32,000 nucleotides of DNA from the NCBI GenBank assembly GCA_041659405.1, contig JBAZYK010000007.1, forward strand, positions 1 through 32,000, written 5' to 3'. The DNA comes from Candidatus Altimarinota bacterium. Its GTDB lineage: Bacteria > Patescibacteriota > Gracilibacteria > UBA1369. Both the position numbers and the translations under genes were made by a program. The notes beneath the pieces were generated by a model. It ran no database searches. It saw only the letters and a list, made by a program, of their open reading frames with translations, and had not been told where the DNA came from. The stretch's first letter is position 1. Each line of letters begins with the position of its first letter. This document shows, in pieces, positions 14,100-22,385 of this stretch.

Positions 14100-14924
14100 A
14101 TGACTATTATACAAAAAATAACAGTTAAGGGGACTGAAATTGTAATTTTTAAACAAAGTGAAAATGATTACATTTCATTGACCGATATTGCTCGTTATAA
14201 AGATCCTGAACGAAGTGACTATATTTTGCAAAACTGGATGAGAAGCAGAGCTACTATTGAGTTTTTAGGCTTATGGGAGAGAATTAACAATCAGACTTTT
14301 AATTCCATCGAATTCGATGGAATTAAAAATGAATCTGGACTGAATAGCTTTTTTCTTAGCCCAAAGCGTTGGATTCGAGCTACCAATGCTATTGGCATTA
14401 TTTCGCAAACTGGTCGATATGGCGGCACCTTTGCCCATAAAGACATTGCTTTTGAGTTTGCGACTTGGCTTTCGCCTGAATTTAAGCTTTATTTGATCAA
14501 GGAATTCCAACGACTCAAAGAGGAAGAAAATCAGCGTCTTAACCTTGGTTGGGACATTAAGCGTAATTTGGCGAAAATTAATTATCGTATTCACACAGAT
14601 GCTATCAAAGAGTATTTGATTCCGGCTCATCTTTCCGCTGCTCAAATTAATATTACTTATGCCAGTGAGGCCGATGTTCTTAACAAGGCGCTTTTTGGTC
14701 TGACGGCTAAAGAGTGGCAAACTGCCAATCCAAAAGAGGATGGTAATCTGCGCGATCATGCTTCTGTGGTACAGCTGGTTTGTTTGACAAACCTGGAGTC
14801 ATTAAATGCCGTGTTTATTCGCCAAGGGCTTGTTCAAAAGGAAAGATTGATTCAACTAAATGAAGTCGCGATTGTACAGATGCGCTCGCTTGTTGGAAAT
14901 CCCACTATTAAAAAATTAAAGTGA
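14100..14924 (+). CDS. KilA-N domain-containing protein
   Basis: 274-aa ORF ...YISLTDIARYKDPERSDYILQNWMRSRATIEFLGLWERINN...GRYGGTFAHKDIAFEFATWLSPEFKLYLIKEFQRLKEEE, the conserved KilA-N family pattern. Confidence 0.85.
   Translation: MTIIQKITVKGTEIVIFKQSENDYISLTDIARYKDPERSDYILQNWMRSRATIEFLGLWERINNQTFNSIEFDGIKNESGLNSFFLSPKRWIRATNAIGIISQTGRYGGTFAHKDIAFEFATWLSPEFKLYLIKEFQRLKEEENQRLNLGWDIKRNLAKINYRIHTDAIKEYLIPAHLSAAQINITYASEADVLNKALFGLTAKEWQTANPKEDGNLRDHASVVQLVCLTNLESLNAVFIRQGLVQKERLIQLNEVAIVQMRSLVGNPTIKKLK
14304..14321. repeat. Perfect palindrome TCCATCGAATTCGATGGA (copy 2, extends to 24 nt at 14301-14324)
   Basis: Read directly. It encodes NSIEFDGI within the KilA-N gene. Confidence 0.9.
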
Positions 14925-14949
14925 GGCAGCATTTTTTGGTAGCTCTTTA

Positions 14950-15546
14950 TTATTTCTGTCGAGAAAGATGGAATTCTCCTTTTAGGACTCCGGAAGGGGT
15001 GTTGAGCGACATTGCTCCGCTCATGATATCTGTTGTAAAGCTGCCTGCCATTACGGTGCCTTCGGGGGTAGTAAATTCGATCGCGCTTCCGCTAATTTTC
15101 ATAGTAACAGGTTGAGCTCCACTATTTGGATTGCAGGTTTTTGGTACGGAAAATGTTTTAACTCCCGGGACAGTTGTTTCGCCGGTGGCACACATATTGG
15201 AGTAAGTAATTTGACCATTGCCAATGTTGTTTTCCACACTGTCTATTTTTAACTCGATATCGCCGTCTTCATAAACTTTAGTAGTGGCTGGACCGGTTAC
15301 AAACACACCATATATTTGAAATCCTTTGCCCCTAAGGCTGGAAGACCATGTGCCTCTTAGGTCGCGAGCAGGTGTTAATGTCCCGATGAGTGGTTTTGGA
15401 GTAACTATGTCGTTGACTTTTTGTGATACGAACTGAAACATCAGCGGTTGCTGTGTGGCAACATAGACTCCGCCAACGGTAGCTACGGTTAATCCTCCAA
15501 TTAAAAGTTTGGAAACTAGAGATATTCCCGGTGTTGGATTTATCAT
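14950..15546 (-). CDS. Hypothetical secreted/membrane-anchored protein
   Basis: 198-aa ORF with an N-terminal hydrophobic helix (LLIGGLTVATVGGVYVA). No motif recognised. Confidence 0.6.
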   Translation of the reverse strand: MINPTPGISLVSKLLIGGLTVATVGGVYVATQQPLMFQFVSQKVNDIVTPKPLIGTLTPARDLRGTWSSSLRGKGFQIYGVFVTGPATTKVYEDGDIELKIDSVENNIGNGQITYSNMCATGETTVPGVKTFSVPKTCNPNSGAQPVTMKISGSAIEFTTPEGTVMAGSFTTDIMSGAMSLNTPSGVLKGEFHLSRQK

Positions 15547-15718
15547 ATTTTTTTATTTATTGAATAATTTTTATTTTACCCAAGTGTCATATTACTCTTA
15601 TTTGTTTGATTTGTTAAAGAGGTTGTTGATTTGCATTTTGTTCACGTGAGCGGATTCAAATTTGCAGTGACTTTATTAATTTGATATCCTTTTGGGGCAA
15701 TCATTTAAGAATATTTTT

Positions 15719-16228
15719 ATGAAAAAAATTGTTGTTTCCCTTTTTGCCATTGGGGTCGTTTTGACGGGTTGTTCCCAGAATAGCGGTAATATTACTTCTC
15801 CGGTTACTGGATCTTTAAGCGAAAATGCTGCAAAAGAAGCCGGGAAAAAACTTGCGGAAAATATAATGGGTGGTACTAAAATTGACTTTGCGGAAGAAGG
15901 ATCCGGAGAGGTTGTTGCCTGGCCAAAAGAAATGTCGAGTGAAGTTCCGGTGTTTAAATATGCAAAAATAGATGCGACGATGGCGGCTCCATCGGGTGTT
16001 AGTGATGGTAGTATTGTTGTGGGTTTTAGAGAGGTGGAAAAAGGAGCATATGATAAATACAGGCAGGATTTAAAAAATGCCGGATGGAAAATTACGACCG
16101 ATCCATCGTGGACGATTGAGCATATCTCTGCGGAAAAAGGGAATATGACTATTGATATTGACTCAGATTATCTTGGTGACAATACGGCGGCGCTTTATTT
16201 GATTGTGGACAAGCCAACGGAGCAATAA
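15719..16228 (+). CDS. Putative lipoprotein
   Basis: From the internal ATG: MKKIVVSLFAIGVVLTGCSQ, with lipobox L-T-G-C. Confidence 0.7.
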   Translation: MKKIVVSLFAIGVVLTGCSQNSGNITSPVTGSLSENAAKEAGKKLAENIMGGTKIDFAEEGSGEVVAWPKEMSSEVPVFKYAKIDATMAAPSGVSDGSIVVGFREVEKGAYDKYRQDLKNAGWKITTDPSWTIEHISAEKGNMTIDIDSDYLGDNTAALYLIVDKPTEQ

Positions 16229-16279
16229 AATGGCGCAATAAACTTAAAAAGCGCTATAATCCGGTTGTTATTTCAAAAA

Positions 16280-16308
16280 GGAGCTCGCTGATGGCGGGCC
16301 CCTTTTTT
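16280..16308. terminator. Bidirectional rho-independent terminator
   Basis: GGAGCTCGC-TGATG-GCGGGCCCC stem-loop flanked by A5 and T6, between convergent genes. Confidence 0.65.
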
Positions 16309-16332
16309 GTTTCGATATTTGAAAGCTGATTT

Positions 16333-17535
16333 TTAGTTGTCGCTGTTGTCATTGGCAAGTGCCTTGGCAAGTTCTTTTTGTTCAGTTTCAACACTTTTCA
16401 TCATAGCTTTTAGGTTGGTTTTCATATCTTTGATCATCTTGCTTGTGATCTTGGAAGTTTTAGCTTTTGTCATAAGTTTGATCAAAGCCTGTCTTCCATT
16501 ACATTGATCAGGGACATTACCTGACGCGTCTGCTTCATCCATTTCAAGGCCAAGAATATCACAGGCCTCGGAAAGACTCATTGCTACAACACTTAAAGGG
16601 TAAAGTAATGTTTTGGAAGAAATTATTCTGTTTACTTTAACGACAAGAGCTTTCAGATCTTTAATATCCTGATCACTAATTGAAGTGTCGGTGATATTTA
16701 GATCCTTGGGAACTGCAAACTTTTGACCTTTAGCCGGTTGGATATACGAGAAGTTGAAATTGTTATTAGGCTGACCGGGTTGACCAGGCTGGCCGGGTTG
16801 TCCAGGTTGGCCGGGTTGGCCAGGTTGACCGGGTTGGTTCGGTTGGTTTGGGTTGAATTGACCGCCGGGCTGACCAGGTTGACCTGGTTGACCAGGTTTG
16901 AATTGACCAGGCTGACCGAATTGATCGCCAGGTTGACCGGGTTGATTTGGCTGATTAGGGTTGAATTGATAAGGTTGATTGCCACCTTGTCCGAAACCGG
17001 GACCATTACCATTCTGACCGGAGCCAGGGTTGAAGCCTTGGCCTTGGTTAGGACCGCCATTACCTCCGTTTTTTTGGTTTATGTCATCAGGACCTATGCC
17101 CGAACAAGTGCCTGGACCTGTACCGCAAGAACCTGGAGCACCATTGAAACCTGGCTGACCGGGGTTGAATTGACCAGATTGGTTAGGTTGTCCGAATTGA
17201 CCACCGGGTTGACCAGGGTTGAATTGATTAGGTTGATTTGGCTGGTTTGGTTGATTAGGACCGAATTGACCAGGCTGATTAGGTTGGTTCGGTTGACCAA
17301 ATTGACCGCCAGGTTGACCGGGTTGCATATTACCGCCTTGATCAGGGATACCGACGCCTCCTGCGCCACCGGGAACTTGTACGTTTTGTCCTTCATCTGG
17401 TCCGCTCATAGCAACCAGATTTGCACTTCCACTATTATGGAGCGCTGAAACTGAAAATGATACACCACCGACTACTACTGTTGCGGCAAGCAATGCCATT
17501 GGCAGATAGTAGAAGAGTTTGTTTTTATTTTCCAT
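16333..17535 (-). CDS. Secreted low-complexity Gly/Pro/Gln/Asn-rich protein with a collagen-like (GQP)n tract
   Basis: 400-aa ORF with an N-terminal signal/TM helix. About 210 residues consist of [10 protein letters not shown]-type repeats and a run [22 protein letters not shown] (G-X-Y triplets). The C-terminal ~140 aa are non-repetitive. Confidence 0.75.
   Translation of the reverse strand: MENKNKLFYYLPMALLAATVVVGGVSFSVSALHNSGSANLVAMSGPDEGQNVQVPGGAGGVGIPDQGGNMQPGQPGGQFGQPNQPNQPGQFGPNQPNQPNQPNQFNPGQPGGQFGQPNQSGQFNPGQPGFNGAPGSCGTGPGTCSGIGPDDINQKNGGNGGPNQGQGFNPGSGQNGNGPGFGQGGNQPYQFNPNQPNQPGQPGDQFGQPGQFKPGQPGQPGQPGGQFNPNQPNQPGQPGQPGQPGQPGQPGQPGQPNNNFNFSYIQPAKGQKFAVPKDLNITDTSISDQDIKDLKALVVKVNRIISSKTLLYPLSVVAMSLSEACDILGLEMDEADASGNVPDQCNGRQALIKLMTKAKTSKITSKMIKDMKTNLKAMMKSVETEQKELAKALANDNSDN
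16770..17403 (-). repeat. Coding tandem/low-complexity repeat region (9-nt GGYTGNCCN periodicity on the + strand)
   Basis: Visible as ctgaccgggttgaccaggctggccgggttgtccaggttggccgggttggcc.... It explains the long spurious ORFs in the other frames. Confidence 0.85.
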
Positions 17536-17764
17536 ATTTTTTTTGGTTAAGAAATATGTATTGAATATGTATTAAGAAACATATCGTACCATTGTACAAC
17601 ATATTTATATATTAAGCAAGCCCTCGGGGTGAGCTCAATCTTCAGGTAATCAACAAAGTCAGCAACAAAATCAACTGCAAAATAGTCAGCAGGCTTAGCA
17701 AAACCTTTCCGAACAACCAAAGCTGTTTTGGCAGTCATTTTGCCGTTCGAGGTTAAATAGTTGC

Positions 17765-20482
17765 TTAATACATCACATCCACTTGGCCGGTATTCGTGTC
17801 GCCAAGTTTGAAGTGGAAGTTTAGGGTTAGCCCGATTTTTGTGGCGGTAAAATCTCCGTTGACGTTACTGTCGATTTTGTAGCCACGACCTTCCAGAGCG
17901 GTTACTATTTTCCCGATATCGTCTTTTGTGACGAGCCGGCTAAATCTATACGCAACCCATCCTCCGGCAAAGTCATCCCATAACTTTACGTCATTGAATA
18001 TTCCCTTTAGGACGGGCATTAATTCATCATTGATTATGATCCCTTTTGGGCTTGTGGCTGTTATTGCATTGGTCTCGTCATATTTCATTTGAGGCCGTGT
18101 TTTGGTGGTGGGAGTTGCGCCGCCCGTACCTGTGCCGGTACCGGTTCCTCCAGTAAAGCCGTTCGTGTTTGTTGCTACACAAATTTGAGTTTGATAAGTC
18201 GTGGCTTCCGAAGCGGTTGTGCTTACTCCTGTTTTATTGCTTAGCTTGATGGTTCTGGCAATGTTATCCATGGGATATTCCACCACCAATTCCGGCGAAG
18301 TTAATTTATTTGTAACAATATAAGAACTGACGTCACTTGCTTCGGTGTCGCTGAAATCCGCAACAAGGTCGCTGTTGCCCAAATTTCCATTTACGTCCAA
18401 CTTCATAATCATCGCTTCGGTATATTCCAGGATTGAAGTTAGAACCCGGTGTTTAATTCCCGTATGCCATGTTCCCGTTATTGCGTAGCCGGAATCTGCG
18501 GTTTGCGTTATGTCGTATCCATCCAAATCTTTTGTTCCACCAATGTTTTTGCCCCATTGATAATTAAAATTCTTGTCCAGTTTTATTAAGACAATATTTT
18601 TAACCATTAAACCTGATTGCCAGGATTCTATCTCTTTTGAAATTGCGTCCAAAGCTTTTTTGGATTCGGGAGTTTCAGGGCTCATAATTGGATATTTTGC
18701 GTAGTAATCCGCCATCATTTGATCGTATATTTTTGATTGGGCCATGGTATCTTTATTGACGTATCCGCCAACAAGATTATTTCCCATGATGATATATCCG
18801 TCATCGGAGGTTTTTTTAATGACAACGTCTTCTAAAAACCTTTTTACTTTAATGGTTCTTGCCCACTGCAGTTTTCCGGTTGAATCCGTTTTAACGGCTA
18901 CCAGGCTCCATTCTTTAAAAGCTTCCGTTTGTAATTTGGCGAGTTCGGCGGTTGAAATAGCGGAAAAATAACTTCCAAGGGCAATATATCCGCCGTCATT
19001 GGTTTGATCCGCTGTCAGGAATTGGCCGAATGCCAAATGCATTTTGTTTGGGGTTCCCACCGTGAAGCTTTTTCCATCCGGGTTCATTATCAAATTTGGA
19101 ATTTCAATCGGTAAATTTTCCAGGCCGGTAGCCCATTCAAATTCGCCATTTGGTTTCAATTTAACCAATGCGGGTACTTTCTGGTCATTTTCTTCTACAA
19201 GCTTGACATTGCCGATCAAAATATAACCACCGTCCGCAGTTTGTTTTACGGATTTAGTCATTTTTTCATCACCTTCAATTTTTTTGAGCCAGTTGGTTTG
19301 GCCGTTGGCATCAAAATTTCCAAGCAACACAGTGTCATTTATGTCTGCTACATCCGGTTGTCCGACCAAGACTCCTGTCGATCCGGACATTACAAATCCA
19401 CCATCTTTGGTTGGGAAAAGTTTAGTCGCGATGTCCGTGCTTTTTTGGCCTACTGTTCTTGTCCAAATGTTGTTTCCGTTGCCATCAAGTTTTACTATAA
19501 AATTATCTCCCTGTCCTTCAAGCGTTTCCTGTTCCGCGTCTGTTATAAATTCGTTACTGACTTCGCCGGCTGCGACAATGTTGCCGTCTGTAAGCTGAGT
19601 AATTGCGTAGCCCTCGGAACCGCCATTGTCAAAAAGTTTGCTCCACTTTTTATTTCCGTTACTGTCGGCTTTAATAAAAAACATACTTGGTCCTTTCATT
19701 TCGTTATGATTCACCGTGTGTCCCGTTATGGCATATTCGCCATCCAAAGTTTGAGTTATTGCGTATGTATCAGCGGTGTCTTTCAGTCGGTATGATTTTA
19801 CAAATGTGGTTGTTTGCAGGGTTTGCGGATTTCCGGTAAAGAAATTTGTTGAACTTTTGGTTGTGATCCCTTTCTTTAATCTATAAATCATTTCGGCCAT
19901 TTCCCCGCGTGAAATATTTTTCGTAACGGAACAAATACTTACCGGAATGGCCTTTAGCTCTTCCAGTTTTTCTACAAATGATTGATACCAAATTTCTTTT
20001 TGAGAGGTTTGATAACCAAATGCGTTTACAATAATTTTGGAAGACTCGGGAAAATTTATATAGTTTCCCGGCTTAAAAGAGCCATCGGGATAACCGTTTA
20101 CAATTCCGTTATTGGAAGCCACGCAGACATATTGATAAAACCAGTCACTATTATGAATATCGGGAAAAGTTTTGGTTGGCGTGCATCCTGAAATTTGTTC
20201 TTTTGTGAAATTTGCCCCAATAATAATCTTAACAAATTCGGCGCGATTGATCTGGTTATCCGGCCTATAGGTGCCATTTTCATATCCGCTGACAATGCCC
20301 TGTGATTGAACATAATTTACAGCGTCAAAAAATGGATTGTTCGAACTCAAATCCGAAAATATTGAGTTCGGCGTATTGGTATCTACGGCAAACAAAGTCA
20401 CAAACGGAAGAGGAATGGCCAAAACGAATGCGCCAAAAAACGCCAGGCTCAGCAGTGGGAATGTGAAATGTTGTTTTTTCAT
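17765..20482 (-). CDS. Large SLH-domain surface protein with repeated beta-propeller-like modules
   Basis: From the internal ATG at 20482: MKKQHFTFPLLSLAFFGAFVLA (signal). SLH-like repeats (FSDLSSNNPFFDAVNYVQSQGIVSGYENGTYRP, FPDIHNSDWFYQYVCVASNNGIVNGYPDGSFKP). There are at least 7 copies of a T-x-DGGY/ITG-type motif (ITQTLDGEYAITG, ITQLTDGNIVAAG, KQTADGGYILIG, DQTNDGGYIALG, KKTSDDGYIIMG, ITQTADSGYAITG). Confidence 0.75.
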   Translation of the reverse strand: MKKQHFTFPLLSLAFFGAFVLAIPLPFVTLFAVDTNTPNSIFSDLSSNNPFFDAVNYVQSQGIVSGYENGTYRPDNQINRAEFVKIIIGANFTKEQISGCTPTKTFPDIHNSDWFYQYVCVASNNGIVNGYPDGSFKPGNYINFPESSKIIVNAFGYQTSQKEIWYQSFVEKLEELKAIPVSICSVTKNISRGEMAEMIYRLKKGITTKSSTNFFTGNPQTLQTTTFVKSYRLKDTADTYAITQTLDGEYAITGHTVNHNEMKGPSMFFIKADSNGNKKWSKLFDNGGSEGYAITQLTDGNIVAAGEVSNEFITDAEQETLEGQGDNFIVKLDGNGNNIWTRTVGQKSTDIATKLFPTKDGGFVMSGSTGVLVGQPDVADINDTVLLGNFDANGQTNWLKKIEGDEKMTKSVKQTADGGYILIGNVKLVEENDQKVPALVKLKPNGEFEWATGLENLPIEIPNLIMNPDGKSFTVGTPNKMHLAFGQFLTADQTNDGGYIALGSYFSAISTAELAKLQTEAFKEWSLVAVKTDSTGKLQWARTIKVKRFLEDVVIKKTSDDGYIIMGNNLVGGYVNKDTMAQSKIYDQMMADYYAKYPIMSPETPESKKALDAISKEIESWQSGLMVKNIVLIKLDKNFNYQWGKNIGGTKDLDGYDITQTADSGYAITGTWHTGIKHRVLTSILEYTEAMIMKLDVNGNLGNSDLVADFSDTEASDVSSYIVTNKLTSPELVVEYPMDNIARTIKLSNKTGVSTTASEATTYQTQICVATNTNGFTGGTGTGTGTGGATPTTKTRPQMKYDETNAITATSPKGIIINDELMPVLKGIFNDVKLWDDFAGGWVAYRFSRLVTKDDIGKIVTALEGRGYKIDSNVNGDFTATKIGLTLNFHFKLGDTNTGQVDVMY

Positions 20483-20519
20483 TTTGTGATAATTATGAAG
20501 TGCGTTGTCCCGTGGATCC

Positions 20520-21176
20520 TTAATCTTTATTATGAAAGCTGAATAAAATATTATCCAGGGTTGTCCCATAGGTTCCGGCGTATTCCTTAAGTACCATTTC
20601 ACGGAATGTTGAAATTGTACCGCTATCATTTAAAATGCCGATTTCTTTAAAACGCCAATTTTTGGTTCCATCTGCGTATGATCCGGCGGCGAAGTAGCTC
20701 TCGCTGAGGTCGTTTGTCTTATTGTCCAATTCAAAAAGTTCGAGTTTGTATTTGGAATTACTTTCGAAAGATTTTTTAATGTCGGTTAATACGAGTGCGC
20801 GCCCACCTGTTTTGGTTAGGCGGGGATCATTTGACATCTGGATGCTAACGAAGGCTTTACCCGATGGTTCATTGATGAATTCCGCGGGAGCCTTTTTTTG
20901 GGAATCATCAATAATCCAATCTTTTGGATAATTCATAATGTAGCCGAAGCGGGATTTGAATTCCAATGTGTTGTCGGTGGCCTTGGTTTGAGTTTCTGTT
21001 TGAGTTTGCGTCTGCGTGGTGGTGGTTTTGGCTTGAGTATCGTTGGTAATCTGTTTGTTTTCTTGTGGCAAAATTTTGCCGAATTTACCAAAATTTATGG
21101 CAGCGATTGTGATTATTGCGATAATTGTGATGGCTGCGATTGCGATGCCTATTATGATTGTTTTTTTATTTTTCAT
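20520..21176 (-). CDS. Hypothetical membrane-anchored secreted protein
   Basis: 218-aa ORF with an N-terminal TM segment (IIIGIAIAAITIIAIITIAAI) and a TQTQTQTETQTK linker. Confidence 0.6.
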   Translation of the reverse strand: MKNKKTIIIGIAIAAITIIAIITIAAINFGKFGKILPQENKQITNDTQAKTTTTQTQTQTETQTKATDNTLEFKSRFGYIMNYPKDWIIDDSQKKAPAEFINEPSGKAFVSIQMSNDPRLTKTGGRALVLTDIKKSFESNSKYKLELFELDNKTNDLSESYFAAGSYADGTKNWRFKEIGILNDSGTISTFREMVLKEYAGTYGTTLDNILFSFHNKD

Positions 21177-21206
21177 GCGGAACTAAATTATCTTCCGACT
21201 TATATT

Positions 21207-21980
21207 TTAGCCTAAATACTTCTGTTTTAAAACATTTAATTGAAACAGTGTTGGCGTTTTCCAGGCTTTGGTGAAGAAAACGAAGCCAGCAAGGATGATT
21301 GTAAAAATTATTCCGCTTTCGTTTAAAAGTGGGCCGCTGATTCCAAAAAGAATCATGGCGATGTTGTTTCCTGCATGGACAAGCGTAGGGGCAAGGATGC
21401 CTCCGGTTTTTTGGCGGATCCAGCCGAGCATAAAACTCGCCAGAGTCAGATTCACGAAGAAGAGGATTACCCCAATCCAGAACGGTCCGGGAATAGTGTA
21501 TCCTCCATATAAAATTGCGGGCAGGTGCCACAAAGCCCAAAAAAAGCTGATTGATAAATTCATTTTAAACCAGCCCTCCATGGTGAAATATTTATACAAA
21601 TATCCCCGCCAGCCGATTTCCTCAAAAATCACACTTAATAAAATGAAGACGGTTTGGTATAAAATATTTTGGTTTTGATCCAGTGGATCAGGCGAAAAAG
21701 GGAAAACATATTTGCCGAGCAGATATAAAACCGTCGTGTAGGCAAAGGGGGTGATAAGGGCTATTAACAGCCATTTTTTATTTTTCTTGATGTCTTCAAT
21801 TTTTGCAAATTCTTTTCCTTTTAAGAGCATGATTGTAAAAGGAACTCCAAGAGCATAAGCAAGGATGTTGATGCGGTGATCTTTTGTGACAAGAATCGAG
21901 ATTCCGCAAAAAATCAGCGAAAACAAAAGCGCGAGCAGAAAAAATGTAAAAGCTTTTTTAATTAATGTGGATTCTTTCAA
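21207..21980 (-). CDS. CPBP-family (CAAX/Abi) intramembrane glutamic protease
   Basis: 257-aa polytopic ORF with FEEIGWRGYLY (EExxxR), FFWALWH (FxxxH) and a HAGNN motif. Confidence 0.8.
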   Translation of the reverse strand: MKESTLIKKAFTFFLLALLFSLIFCGISILVTKDHRINILAYALGVPFTIMLLKGKEFAKIEDIKKNKKWLLIALITPFAYTTVLYLLGKYVFPFSPDPLDQNQNILYQTVFILLSVIFEEIGWRGYLYKYFTMEGWFKMNLSISFFWALWHLPAILYGGYTIPGPFWIGVILFFVNLTLASFMLGWIRQKTGGILAPTLVHAGNNIAMILFGISGPLLNESGIIFTIILAGFVFFTKAWKTPTLFQLNVLKQKYLG

Positions 21981-22034
21981 ATTTATTTTGGGGAAAAATA
22001 ATTAAGCATGTTCAAAAAAGTCTGTCGCTAGAGT

Positions 22035-22385
22035 CTATTGTTCCAAATTGGTTTCCAGGCTGGAACTGTCTTTCCAGCTGCCATCAAGGTCGCGGTATTT
22101 AACGCTTAGTTTGTAACTAAACTCGTCCGGGCTGCGGCTATAATGCTCTTTTAGTTTTCCGCCTTTTTCGGAAGAGGTCTTTGTTAGGCGGTGCTCTTTA
22201 TCCAAAATGAGCATGTAATCCATATTATTTTTGGAAAACTCGTAAGTTTCACGAATGCCGATTTCTTCCTGTGTGTTGGTTTTGTGGTCAAAGTAAACCA
22301 AAGGTTCTTCACTGACTTCATATTCAATCGAATCCAAAAAATCACGTTTGATGTCGTCCCACTTGTCTTCATTAATGTAAATCAT
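22035..22385 (-). CDS. Hypothetical protein, start abuts the upstream methyltransferase stop
   Basis: 116-aa ORF. Its ATG at 22385 is immediately adjacent to the TAA (22386-22388) of the upstream gene. Confidence 0.55.
   Translation of the reverse strand: MIYINEDKWDDIKRDFLDSIEYEVSEEPLVYFDHKTNTQEEIGIRETYEFSKNNMDYMLILDKEHRLTKTSSEKGGKLKEHYSRSPDEFSYKLSVKYRDLDGSWKDSSSLETNLEQ

Noticed and set aside
13000-15000. Intact prophage or integrative element (KilA-N, DinD-like)
   Set aside because: No integrase, structural, replication or lysis genes are nearby. The DinD-like gene is truncated. The segment is treated as a remnant or regulatory module only.
16698-17448. ORFs 16698-17060(-), 16723-17448(+) and 17094-17396(-)
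   Set aside because: All lie inside the 9-nt tandem-repeat region of the collagen-like gene. Repeat periodicity keeps alternative frames open, and their sequences are repeat echoes (LTRLTGL..., VNLVN...).
17547-17738. 63-aa minus-strand ORF upstream of the collagen-like gene
   Set aside because: It is short, has no recognisable motif or RBS, and overlaps the putative promoter/operator repeats. It could be a real small protein, but I cannot support that.
18744-20313. Several 60-184-aa ORFs on both strands inside 17765-20482
   Set aside because: They are fully contained in the long SLH-repeat protein gene, and none has motifs. They are typical shadow ORFs.
20483-20629. N-terminal extensions suggested by the track (954-aa start at 20629; also 2486, 10224, 12392, 13656, 15692)
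   Set aside because: In each case an internal Met begins a signal peptide or the conserved family N-terminus. The extension also overlaps a neighbouring gene, promoter or terminator.
21166-21678. ORFs 21166-21540(-) and 21268-21678(+)
   Set aside because: They overlap the CPBP protease gene, whose EExxxR, FxxxH and HxxxN motifs identify the true frame.
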